Source: Ranitomeya imitator | Lineage: Eukaryota | DNA: 64,000 bases | NCBI RefSeq assembly: GCF_032444005.1 | Contig: NC_091290.1 | Coordinates: 133,610,001-133,674,000, forward strand | Direction: 5' to 3' | Shown: piece by piece, positions 12,501 through 23,797 of the stretch | How positions within the stretch are numbered: position 1 is the first letter of the stretch | Layout of the letters: every line of letters begins with the position of its first letter | The notes under the pieces: model-generated | The model's database searches: none | The model's input: the letters and a program-made list of their open reading frames with translations, nothing else | What the model was told of the DNA's origin: nothing | Made by a program: the position numbers and the translations under genes

Positions 12501-15500
12501 TTTACTCCTGTTTTGGTCAAAAACTATACAGACCAGAACCAGCAATGAGACCAGCCATCTCAGGACCGAGTATGGAGCGCCAGGCAAGGGTTTATTTGGC
12601 TTTACTCAGTTAAAGAGAGTCGAGTTGTGAGTCAAATTCAGAGTCAAGTGCTGGCGGAGTTCAGTCAGAGGAAGTGCTAGACAGTGACAGCATTTGACAA
12701 GCAGCGGCAAAGTCGTCCTGTCCATGCCAAGTCTCCCAACAGTATGACGACAAATGTGAGGCTTCGTGCAGATCCCCGGGCAGTCATGGGCCTAGGTCCC
12801 GGAAAAGGCATTGAGTGCCATGTCTCTGTCTCCCCTGTGAGAAAGATGTCGGCCGGGTCTCAGCGAGGGAAGGATGGTGGGCCTCAGGGAAGCCAGATAG
12901 GAGGTCCCTGGTACCAACAGGAGCTGTTTAGGTTGGGGGGAGGTCGGGCAGAACAGAGTCAAGGACTGATAGTACACTGGACAAAGGGAACATCATCCAG
13001 AGGGGATTCTGCCGCACTCTGTGCGCCGCAACCGCAAGTATCTGAATTGCACAGTTAAATTGAATTGGTTTAACTAGACCTAAGGTCTCCTGTCATGTCT
13101 GCAGATGTATCTGGTCCCATGGATGAGGAGGTAATAGGGACTCCCGAACAACAAGTGAGTAAAGAAAGCACATCACGCTCAACTCTGATTCCTGCTTAGA
13201 AGAGGGATATCAGAGTAAAGAGAACTCTGTTCTGGCTCATCGCAACCGACCCTGTGCGCCCTTCATAGGGATACATCACTCTCCCCCACACGCTGGAAGC
13301 AGTAGTGCCCTCTCTGGCATGACACGCTCACACATCAGCCTCCTCTCGTGTGGCCAATCTTGCGCATGGTCGCTATATTCTTACCCCTTACAGGTTCCCC
13401 CTCAACTAATGGCGGCACTCTTGTTCAGGTGGGCTGATCTCCTTCACCAGGGTAACACTTCACACACTACTGCTCCGACTTAAGCGCTTTCTTGCTCCTG
13501 TGCAGCCATATCTACACCATATTATTATAAGCAGTAAAAAAAAAGCCAGTTCTGTTATGTTAATATATTGCTAACCATAAATAATAGGTTTACTCGACCG
13601 CACATGAATCAGACACTGCTTGCGTGACTGCAGCCAGCTGTGACTGTCAGGTCTCTTACTACACATATACAGTTGTGTGAAAAAGTCTCTGCCCCCTTCC
13701 TGATTTCCTATTCTTTTGCAATGTTTGACATACTTAAGTGTTTCAGATCAACAAACAAATATAAATATTAGACAAAGATAACATAACAAAATGCAGTTTT
13801 TATAAGAAGGTCTTTATTATTAAGCAAGAAAGAAATCCAAACCTACAGGGTCCTGTATGATTCCAGTTTCTCTCATACACAGCCATGTAGCCTGTGGATC
13901 GTTGTTAATAGTTGCTGCCTTCCATGCCACAGGTACTAGGTTTGAATCCCGGCAAAGGGGAAGCTCTAAGAAAAAGTAGATCTAGGCCACCTGGGTGCCA
14001 AAGTCTCAGAAGGGCCCCCCATGTCATCTGTACCGACCAGTAACACTCATTCCCCTACAACAGATTGTAGGCGCACAGTAATTTTATGAACATGTGAGAG
14101 GGCACATGCCAAGCATGATATGAGGTCTATGCACAAATGTCTGATTTATGGATTTAGGGAAAATATGTTTTTTTGGTGATGTTTTTTTTACGGAAAAAAT
14201 AAATAGAAATAAAACACTCTGCCATATAAAACAATTCATTTATTCATACAAATGGTAGAAGATCAGAAAAAGTAAGTAACCGCCAGGTAGACAAGTTAGA
14301 ACCTTCCAAAAGACTGATCCACCGCCTGATAGTTTAGAAGAAACAAAGACAAAAAAACAATTTAATGCTTAGCCATAAATGTGAAAAAAACAAACAAACA
14401 AACAAACAAAAACTTCCAAGACATCCAAGGCTGTTAGTTTAGTGATCACCGCTGGGATTAGACCATTATAACCCGTTTCTCCTCCTACTGCCTGCATTTA
14501 CCACCAGGGGGAGCTCACTGTATATAGATGTAAATAGCTACGACTGACATAATAACTGTCTTCACTCAGCTCCCTCTAGTGGTGACAGTAGGAATCCACA
14601 ACTACTGTATTTTTCGGACCATAAGACGCACCCCAAATTTTGGGGTGAAAAATAGCAGAAAAAAAGATTTTTATAAGATGGGGGTCATCTTATTGTCCGA
14701 ATTTAAGGTATCTTACCTGAGAGACGGCGGTGGTATAGCAGGGTCACAGAAGGCAGGATCCCTTCCTCAGGAAGCCAGCAGCGGCAGAAGTGGGGCAATG
14801 CTGCAGTCCCGGGGTGCGATGCTGTGGGTCCGGTGTCGGTGGTGAGGCAGAACTGAAGCAGGGACCCACCCTCAGGATGCCGGCAGCAGAAATCTGGCGG
14901 CGCAGCGGCCCGGTGTCCACGGTGAGAAGAGTGCATCACCGGTTTCTCTGCAGCCATCTTCCTGAAGCCGTGGGCCGCCGGAGGCTTCAGGAAAATGGCC
15001 GCCGGAAGCCACGCGTGCGCAGATTAAGATCTCAGCGGCCATTTTCCTGAAGCCTCCGTCGGCCCACGGCTTCGGGAAGATGGTCGCAGGGAAACTGGTG
15101 ATGCACTCTGCTCACCGTGGACACCGGGCCGCAGCGCCACCACATTTCTGCCGCTGGCATCCTGAAGAAAGGACCCTGCTCACCTGCACTCCACACCGCC
15201 CACCACCGCAGCATCGCCACACCTCTGCTACAACCCCCGGTAAGCCTGCGTCCGCACTATAAGATGCACCCCCCAATTTCCTCCCAAATTTTTTTGGGGA
15301 AAAAAGTGCATCTTATAGTCTGAAAAATACGGTATATAATTATTTTTTTCTACTTTACTCCTGTATAAAACCTTACAATTATATTTATACTATACAGCAA
15401 CCATCATGGAATTTGGAACCTAGTATGAGATGGTGGGTAAAACTTTACAGCTTTACAATACCTGCTGTTCTCTTTCATTCCATAAGATAATGGGCACAGA

Positions 15501-16877
15501 GTGTCGCGTTCCTTTGGCATCCCATGCATTCAATACAAAACTGACAGCTCCGTCGTGGAGGGTGATCTGCCTCTTCACCGCAACTTTACCATCGGGAAAC
15601 ACCCTGAAGCGGGTGTCTTCAGGCGAGTACAGCGCCCGGTTATTAACGGAGCAGGATGTAAAGGTCACTAAAAACGATAAAAACATTTTATTAACACAAG
15701 GCTGAAATAATTGAATATGTTTTCATAATGTACAGTCTACGTCACAACCATGAAGCACCATTTGTGCCTCTGTATAATGAGAAGACCCCCTTCTGTGCCT
15801 CCTATTATGAATACATCCCCCTTTGTGCTTGGCTCCAAGCGATAATGCCCCATATAATAATTCCAACCCCTTTTGCGCCTCTATATGGTAATATCGCCCT
15901 CTTTTCGCCCCTATATAATAATTATGGTCCTTTTGTGTCAATTTAAAAAAAAATGCAAATCCGTTAAGTGGTCCGCAAGTCTCAGCATTTTCTCTCCGTC
16001 TTTGGAGAACTCTGGAATGTGGGCGATTTCCTTCTGAGGTTTCTATGGAATTTATTAGTGGGATGCCAGGATTTACGTTACTTATGGGGGCACAGTATAT
16101 CCTTCCAATAAAGTGATGGAGCGTGGTACAGATGGGCAAAACGATTTTCCATTTCTAGTTCTGCCCTCTATGTCTTTACTTGTGCCCAGGAGGACGGCTG
16201 CAGCTTCATCTTGGTGCCCAAAACATGCCGGGCCAAGGATACCGGCCACGGAACGGAGGTCCGGCTGCAACGTCTGACCGGATGTGTGAATGTGGTCTTA
16301 TGTATAGGGTCCTGGGAGTTTCCAGCACTAGAAATAGCTTATTTAATAGACGGCGGAGTTTTCTAGACCACCCAATGGGATACATTACCGTTATCCTACT
16401 ATGGCTGATAACAGAGAACAACAGACTGAACGTAAAGCATTTTACTGGGACTTTAATAAAGGGGCCAGCACTTAGGACCGCCACAAAGCCCTCACTTTGT
16501 GCTATGGGAGCACCCTAAAAACTGGTACCTTTTCCAACAGCTCGGCCTCTCTCCAGGATCTTACGGGGCACAGTAAAAGCGTAGCGTTGCTCACTGAAGC
16601 CGGGCACACATTGTTCCAGGTCCTCCAAGACCACCAGGGACACCTGCAAAATAAATTAAAACACCGTTTGATATGCAACTTTGACAGTTGCACTGGCTTT
16701 GCATGCATGCTGCAACTTGTAGTCCCACCCCGGCTAGATGACAGGCGATGCTTTCATACTGTCCCAACTACAGATATCGGTTGTATGCCTAATATAAATC
16801 CGTAAGCCCCTCTTCTACCCACATAATGTATTTACCTTTACTAGGAGGATTAGTAACGCCGGGTACATCAACCTCAT
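6431..16877 (-). CDS. Truncated type I classical cadherin (CDH1/CDH3/EP-cadherin-like): signal peptide, prodomain, EC1, EC2; at least 359 aa; 3' end unresolved
   Basis: Exons 16877-16836 (42 bp), 16643-16529 (115), 15667-15462 (206), 12163-12029 (135), 11237-11085 (153), 9613-9469 (145), 8428-8256 (173) and 6538-6431 (108). All GT-AG, summing to 1077 bp without a stop, with phases matching CDH1 exons 1-8. Motifs: C-x-PGF, LERGR, RRKKR furin site, LDRE, DQNDNKP, ATDEDD. Confidence 0.92.
7085..8152. repeat. Degenerate minisatellite, about 30-33 bp unit (CCTGTAATAATGTCCTCCATCCTGGCCCC-like), in cadherin intron 7
   Basis: Tandem variants seen directly, with higher-order alternation of unit types. 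Confidence 0.9.
8256..8428 (-). CDS. Cadherin-like exon 7 ([14 protein letters not shown]...[15 protein letters not shown])
   Basis: Phase 1 in, phase 0 out; homologous to CDH1 exon 7 (EC2). Confidence 0.93.
8640..9340 (+). mobile_element. Internally deleted Tc1-like fragment
   Basis: Remnant GRPRKL-type paired-domain coding sequence near 8930-9100 and a Tc1-like terminal region near 9230-9340. Confidence 0.45.
9469..9613 (-). CDS. Cadherin-like exon 6 ([33 protein letters not shown]...)
   Basis: 145 bp, same size as CDH1 exon 6; DQNDNKP present; HAV position reads SAI. Confidence 0.95.
10330..10457. other. Assembly gap (N run)
   Basis: Run of N bases. Confidence 1.
10690..11018. mobile_element. 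Palindromic MITE (GGCTACGTTCACACTAGCG...CGCTAGTGTGAACGTAGCC)
   Basis: Perfect terminal inverted repeats of about 20 bp flanked by TAA/TTA, with an internally palindromic GACGCA-rich body. Superfamily (Kolobok/T2 or Harbinger) not resolved. Confidence 0.85.
11085..11237 (-). CDS. Cadherin-like exon 5 ([21 protein letters not shown]...[11 protein letters not shown])
   Basis: 153 bp, phase 0/0; EC1 core with GAD and LDRE motifs. Confidence 0.96.
11430..11930 (+). mobile_element. Tc1 transposase 3' fragment
   Basis: FWGCFAASG...QQDNDPKHT...[11 protein letters not shown], frameshifted and 5'-truncated. Confidence 0.9.
12029..12163 (-). CDS. Cadherin-like exon 4 (…LRRKKR|[23 protein letters not shown])
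   Basis: 135 bp, phase 0/0. Furin site followed by a mature N-terminus AYVLPP instead of DWVIPP. Confidence 0.95.
13669..13860. mobile_element. Tc1 terminal fragment
   Basis: TA|CAGTTGTGTGAAAAAG start typical of Tc1 TIRs; no partner end found. Confidence 0.55.
14605..15332. mobile_element. Non-autonomous TA-flanked DNA transposon (pogo/Tc2-like MITE) with an internal hairpin of about 150 bp arms
   Basis: TIRs CTGTATTTTTCGGACCATAAGACGCAC / GTGCATCTTATAGTCTGAAAAATACGG; TA flanks; inverted duplication at about 14850-15190. Confidence 0.85.
15462..15667 (-). CDS. Cadherin-like exon 3 (prodomain)
   Basis: [38 protein letters not shown]...FVLNAWD matches the type I cadherin prodomain. Confidence 0.95.
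16529..16643 (-). CDS. Cadherin-like exon 2 ([38 protein letters not shown])
   Basis: 115 bp, same size as CDH1 exon 2; CxPGF and LERGR motifs. Confidence 0.95.
16836..16877 (-). CDS. Cadherin-like first coding exon, signal peptide ([14 protein letters not shown])
   Basis: Hydrophobic leader, donor AAG|gtaaat in phase 0. A possible upstream acceptor at 17043-17044 would make 16878-17042 a 5' UTR. Confidence 0.8.
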
Positions 16878-17469
16878 TGTTCCACAGTTTGCCAGAGTTC
16901 TTGTTTACTGCAGCTTTTGGGTAAAGTGAGAAAGTCCAGTGAGTCTATCCCTCCTCCTCCTCACACTGGACGTAGTCACCATCGCCTCCAGCGGAGTAAG
17001 CATTTCCAGATGTGTAGAAAAGCAGAGATACCCATGTAGAGCCTGAAAAAGACAAGTACAGTTGTGGCCAAAAATATTGACACCCCTGCAATTCTGTCAA
17101 TAATACTCAGTTTCTTCCTGAAAATGATTGCAAACACAAATTCTTTGTTATTATTATCTTCATTTAATTTGTCTTAAATGAAAAAACACAAAAGAGAATG
17201 AAGCAAAAAGCAAAACATTGATTATTTCACACAAAACTCCAAAAATGGGCCAGACAAAAGTATTGGCACCCTCAGCCTAATACTTGGTTGCACAACCTTT
17301 AGCCAAAATAACTGCGACCAACCGCTTCCAGTAACCATCAACGAGTTTATTACAATGCTCTGCTGGAATTTTAGACCATTCTTCTTTGGCAAACTGCTCC
17401 AGGTCCCTGATATTTGAAGGTGCCTTCTCCAAACTGCCATTTTTAGATCTCTCCACAGGTGATCTATGG

Positions 17470-18787
<1,318 letters not shown>

Positions 18788-18809
18788 GTACTGGAGGCCC
18801 AAAGTACTA

Positions 18810-21800
18810 ATGCTTCTCAATAGAGGGAAAAGAGAAGTTCTGAGACCATTTTTTTTTCTTTGCACTGTGTTCTGTCTTTCTTTCCCCCTATACATCAGGG
18901 TGGTTCAGAAAACAGGTGTGGACATGGACATTCAGGGTCTGTCCTCTTTGATGGATAATCTCACTATAACAGTACAGAACATTCAAGATTTAGTGGTTCA
19001 GAATCCTATGTTAGAACCTAAAATTCCTATTCCTGAGTTATTTTTTGGAGATAGAGCTAAGTTTTTGAATTTTAAAAATAATTGTAAACTATTTCTGGCT
19101 TTGAAACCCCGCTCCTCTGGTGACCCAGTACAACAAGTTAAGATGATTATTTCTTTATTACGTGGCGACCCTCAAGACTGGGCATTTTCCCTTGCGCCAG
19201 GAGATCCTGCATTATGTAATATTGATGCGTTCTTTCTGGCGCTCGGATTGCTGTACGACGAACCTAATTCAGTGGATCAGGCAGAGAAAAATTTGCTGGC
19301 TCTGTGTCAGGGTCAGGATGAGATAGAGATTTATTGTCAGAAGTTTAGAAAGTGGTCCGTGCTCACTCAATGGAATGAATGTGCGCTGGCAGCTATTTTC
19401 AGAAAGGGTCTCTCTGAAGCCCTTAAGGATGTCATGGTGGGATTTCCTATGCCTGCTGGTCTGAATGAGTCTATGTCTTTGGCCATTCAGATCGGTCGAC
19501 GCTTGCGCGAGCATAAATCTGTGCACCATTTGGCGGTATTATCTGAGCATAAACCTGAGCCTATGCAGTGCGATAGGACTTTAACCAGAGCTGAAAGGCA
19601 AGAACACAGACGTCAGAATGGGCTGTGTTTCTACTGTGGTGATTCCACTCATGCTATCTCCGATTGTCCTAAGCGCACTAAGCGGTTCGCTAGGTCTGCC
19701 ACCATTGGTACGGTACAGTCGAAATTTCTTTTGTCCGATACTTTGATCTGCTCTTTGTCTTCCTATTCTGTCATGGCATTTGTGGATTCAGGCGCTGCCC
19801 TGAATTTGATGGACTTGGAGTTTGCTAGGCGCTGTGGGTTTGTCTTGGAGCCCTTGCAGTGTCCTATTCCATTGAGAGGAATTGATGCTACGCCTTTGGC
19901 CAAGAATAAGCCTCAGTATTGGACCCAGCTGACCATGTGCATGGCTCCTGCGCACCAGGAGGATATTCGCTTTCTGGTGTTGCATAATCTGCATGATGTG
20001 GTCGTGTTGGGGTTGCCATGGCTACAAGTCCATAACCCAGTATTAGATTGGAAATCAATGTCTGTGTCCAGCTGGGGTTGTCAGGGGGTACATGGTGATG
20101 TTCCATTTCTGTCTATCTCATCATCCACCCCTTCTGAGGTCCCAGAGTTCTTGTCTGATTACCGGGATGTATTCGATGGGCCCAAGTCCAATGCCCTACC
20201 TCCGCATAGGGATTGTGATTGTGCTATCGATTTGATTCCTGGTAGTAAGTTTCCTAAGGGTCGACTGTTTAATTTATCTGTACCTGAGCACGCCGCTATG
20301 CGGAGTTACGTGAAGGAGTCTTTGGAGAAGGGTCATATTCGCCCGTCATCGTCGCCATTGGGAGCGGGGTTCTTTTTTGTGGCCAAGAAGGATGGTTCGC
20401 TGAGACCTTGTATTGATTACTGCCTTCTAAATAAAATTACGGTCAAATTTCAGTACCCCTTGCCGCTGCTGTCTGATTTGTTTGCTCGGATTAAGGGGGC
20501 CAGTTGGTTCACCAAGATAGATCTTCGTGGTGCGTATAATCTTGTGCGTATTAAACGGGGCGATGAATGGAAAACAGCATTTAATACGCCCGAAGGCCAT
20601 TTTGAGTACCTGGTTATGCCATTCGGACTTTCTAATGCTCCATCAGTGTTTCAGTCCTTTATGCATGACATCTTCCAAGAGTACCTGGATAAATTCCTGA
20701 TTGTGTACTTGGATGATATTTTGGTCTTCTCGGATGATTGGGAGTCTCATGTGAAGCAGGTCAGAATGGTGTTCCAGGTCCTGCGTGCTAATTCTTTGTT
20801 TGTGAAGGGGTCAAAGTGTCTCTTTGGTGTTCAGAAGATTTCATTTTTGGGGTTCATTTTTTCTCCTTCTACTATCGAGATGGACCCTGTTAAAGTTCAG
20901 GCCATTTATGATTGGACTCAGCCTACATCTCTGAAGAGTCTGCAGAAGTTCCTGGGCTTTGCTAATTTTTATCGTCGATTCATCGCTAATTTTTCTAACA
21001 TTGCTAAACCGTTGACTGATTTGACCAAGAAGGGTGCTGATGTGGTCAATTGGTCTTCTGCTGCTGTGGAAGCTTTTCAGGAGTTGAAGCGTCGTTTTTC
21101 TTCTGCCCCTGTGTTGTGCCAACCAGATGTTTCGCTTCCGTTTCAGGTCGAGGTTGATGCTTCCGAAATTGGAGCAGGGGCTGTTTTGTCGCAGAGAAGT
21201 TCTGATTGCTCGGTGATGAAACCATGCGCCTTCTTTTCCAGGAAATTTTCGCCTGCTGAGCGAAATTATGATGTTGGCAATCGAGAGTTTCTAGCCATGA
21301 AGTGGACATTCGAGGAGTGGCGTCATTGGCTTGAAGGAGCTAAGCATCGCGTGGTGGTCTTGACTGATCATAAGAACTTGACTTATCTCGAGTCTGCCAA
21401 ACGGTTGAATCCTAGACAGGCTCGTTGGTCGCTGTTTTTCTCCCGTTTTGACTTTGTGGTTTCGTACCTTCCGGGCTCTAAAAATGTGAAGGCGGATGCC
21501 CTGTCTAGGAGTTTTGTGCCCGATTCTCTGGGTTTGTCTGAGCCGGCAGGTATTCTCAAAGAGGGGGTAATTTTGTCTGCCATCTCCCCTGATTTGCAGC
21601 GGGTGCTGCAAAAATTTCAGGCTAACAGACCTGACCGTTGCCCAGCGGAGAAACTGTTTGTCCCGGATAGGTGGACGAATAAGGTTATCTCTGAGGTTCA
21701 TTGTTCGGTGTTGGCTGGTCATCCTGGAATCTTTGGTACCAGAGATTTGGTGGCTAGATCCTTTTGGTGGCCGTCTCTGTCGCGGGATGTGCGTTCTTTT

Positions 21801-22989
21801 GTGCAGTCCTGTGGGATTTGTGCTCGGGCTAAGCCCTGCTGTTCTCGTGCCAGTGGGTTGCTTTTGCCCTTGCCGGTCCCAAAGAGGCCTTGGACACATA
21901 TCTCTATGGATTTTATTTCGGATCTCCCAGTCTCTCAAAGAATGTCGGTCATTTGGGTGGTTTGTGATCGCTTCTCTAAGATGGTGCATTTGGTGCCCTT
22001 ATCTAAATTGCCTTCCTCCTCTGATTTGGTGCCATTGTTTTTCCAGCATGTGGTTCATTTACATGGCATTCCAGAGAACATTGTTTCTGACAGAGGTTCC
22101 CAGTTTGTTTCGAGGTTTTGGCGAGCGTTTTGTGCTAGGATGGGCATTGATTTGTCTTTTTCCTCGGCTTTCCATCCTCAGACAAATGGCCAGACTGAAC
22201 GAACCAATCAGACCTTGGAAACATATCTGAGATGTTTTGTTTCTGCTGATCAGGATGATTGGGTGTCCTTTTTGCCTTTGGCTGAGTTCGCCCTTAATAA
22301 TCGGGCCAGCTCGGCTACTTTGGTTTCGCCGTTTTTCTGCAATTCTGGGTTCTACCCTCGTTTCTCTTCAGGGCAGGTTGCCTTCGGACTGTCCTGGTGT
22401 GGATACTGTGGTGGATAGGTTGCAGCAGATTTGGCCTCATGTAGTGGACAATCTGACTTTGTCCCACGAGAAGGCTCAACGTTTCGCTAACCGCAGGCGC
22501 TGTGTGGGTCCCCGATTTCGTGTTGGGGATTTGGTTTGGTTGTCATCTCGTTATATTCCTATGAAGGTTTCCTCTCCTAAATTTAAGCCTCGTTTCATTG
22601 GTCCATATAGGATTTCTGAGGTTCTTAATCCTGTGTCTTTTCGTTTGACTCTTCCAGCTTCTTTTTCCATCCATAACGTGTTCCATAGGTCATTGTTGCG
22701 GAGATACGTGGCACCTGTGGTTCCATCTATTGATCCTCCTGCTCCGGTTTAGGTTGAAGGGGAATTGGAGTATATTGTGGAGAAGATTTTGGATTCTCGT
22801 GTTTCGAGACGGAAACTCCAGTATTTGGTTAAGTGGAAGGGTTATGGTCAGGAAGATAATTCCTGGGTCTTTGCCTTTGATATCCATGCTGCCGATCTGG
22901 TTTGTGCCTTTCATGTGGCTCATCCTGGTCGGCCTGGGGGTTGTGGTGAGGGTTCGGTGACCCCTCCTCAAGGGGGGGTACCGTTGTGA
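18810..22989 (+). CDS. Gypsy gag-pol polyprotein (gag with CCHC knuckle, protease, RT, RNase H, integrase, chromodomain); one frameshift near 22380 and one stop at about 22750
   Basis: CFYCGDSTHAISDC, FVDSGA, YLDDILV, EVDAS, integrase HHCC/DDE within ORF 18810..22418. Integrase continues in 22237..22752; chromodomain EYIVEKILDSR...YLVKWKGYGQEDNSW in 22765..22989. Confidence 0.95.
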
Positions 22990-23797
22990 ATTCTGTGGCC
23001 AAGCTCCCTCCTGTGGTCGTGAGTGGTACTGTGGCTGGTTCTGTCTATAAGCTTCCTTTGGTGGATGAGAGTGGTACTGTGGCTTCTGAGTTTCCTTCCT
23101 CAGGTGATGAGGTTAAGGCGTTAGGTGCTGCTCTATTTAACTCCACCTGGTGCTTTGATCCTGGCCTCCAGTCAATGTTCTAGTATTGGTCTTGCTTCCT
23201 CCTGGATCGTTCCTGTGGCCTGTCTTCCTGCATAAGCTAAGCTCTGCTTATGTTATTTTTGTTTGCTATATTTTCTGTCCAGCTTGCTATATTGGTTTTT
23301 CTTGCTTGCTGGAAGCTCTGAGACGCAGAGGAAGCGCCTCCGTACCGTTAGTCGGTGCGGAGGGTCTTTTTGCCCCTCTGCGTGGTTGTTTGTAGGTTTT
23401 TGTGTTGACCGCAAAGCTATCTTTCCTATCCTCGGTCTATTCAGTAAGTCGGGCCTCACTTTGCTAAATCTATTTAATCTCTGTGTTTGTATTTCATCTT
23501 TACTCACAGTCATTATATGTGGGGGGCTGCCTTTTCCTTTGGGGAATTTCTCTGAGGCAAGGTAGGCTTATTTTTCTATCTTCAGGGCTAGTTAGTTTCT
23601 AAGGCTGTGCCGAGTTGCATAGGGAGCGTTAGGCGCAATCCACGGCTACCTCTAGTGTGGTTTGATAGGATTAGGGATTACGGTCAGCAGAGTTTCCACG
23701 TCTCAGAGCTCGTCATATGTTTTTGGTAAATGTCAGGTCACTTTGTATGCTCTGAACTTCAAGGTCCATTGTGGTTCTGAATTACCTGTTCATAACA
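22982..23797 (+). repeat. 3' LTR
   Basis: Copy of 17972-18787; first base T>C. Confidence 0.96.

Noticed and set aside
12200-13600. ORF 12684..13058 and surrounding sequence as a gene
   Set aside because: No recognisable domain or exon pattern; probably decayed retroelement sequence in cadherin intron 3.
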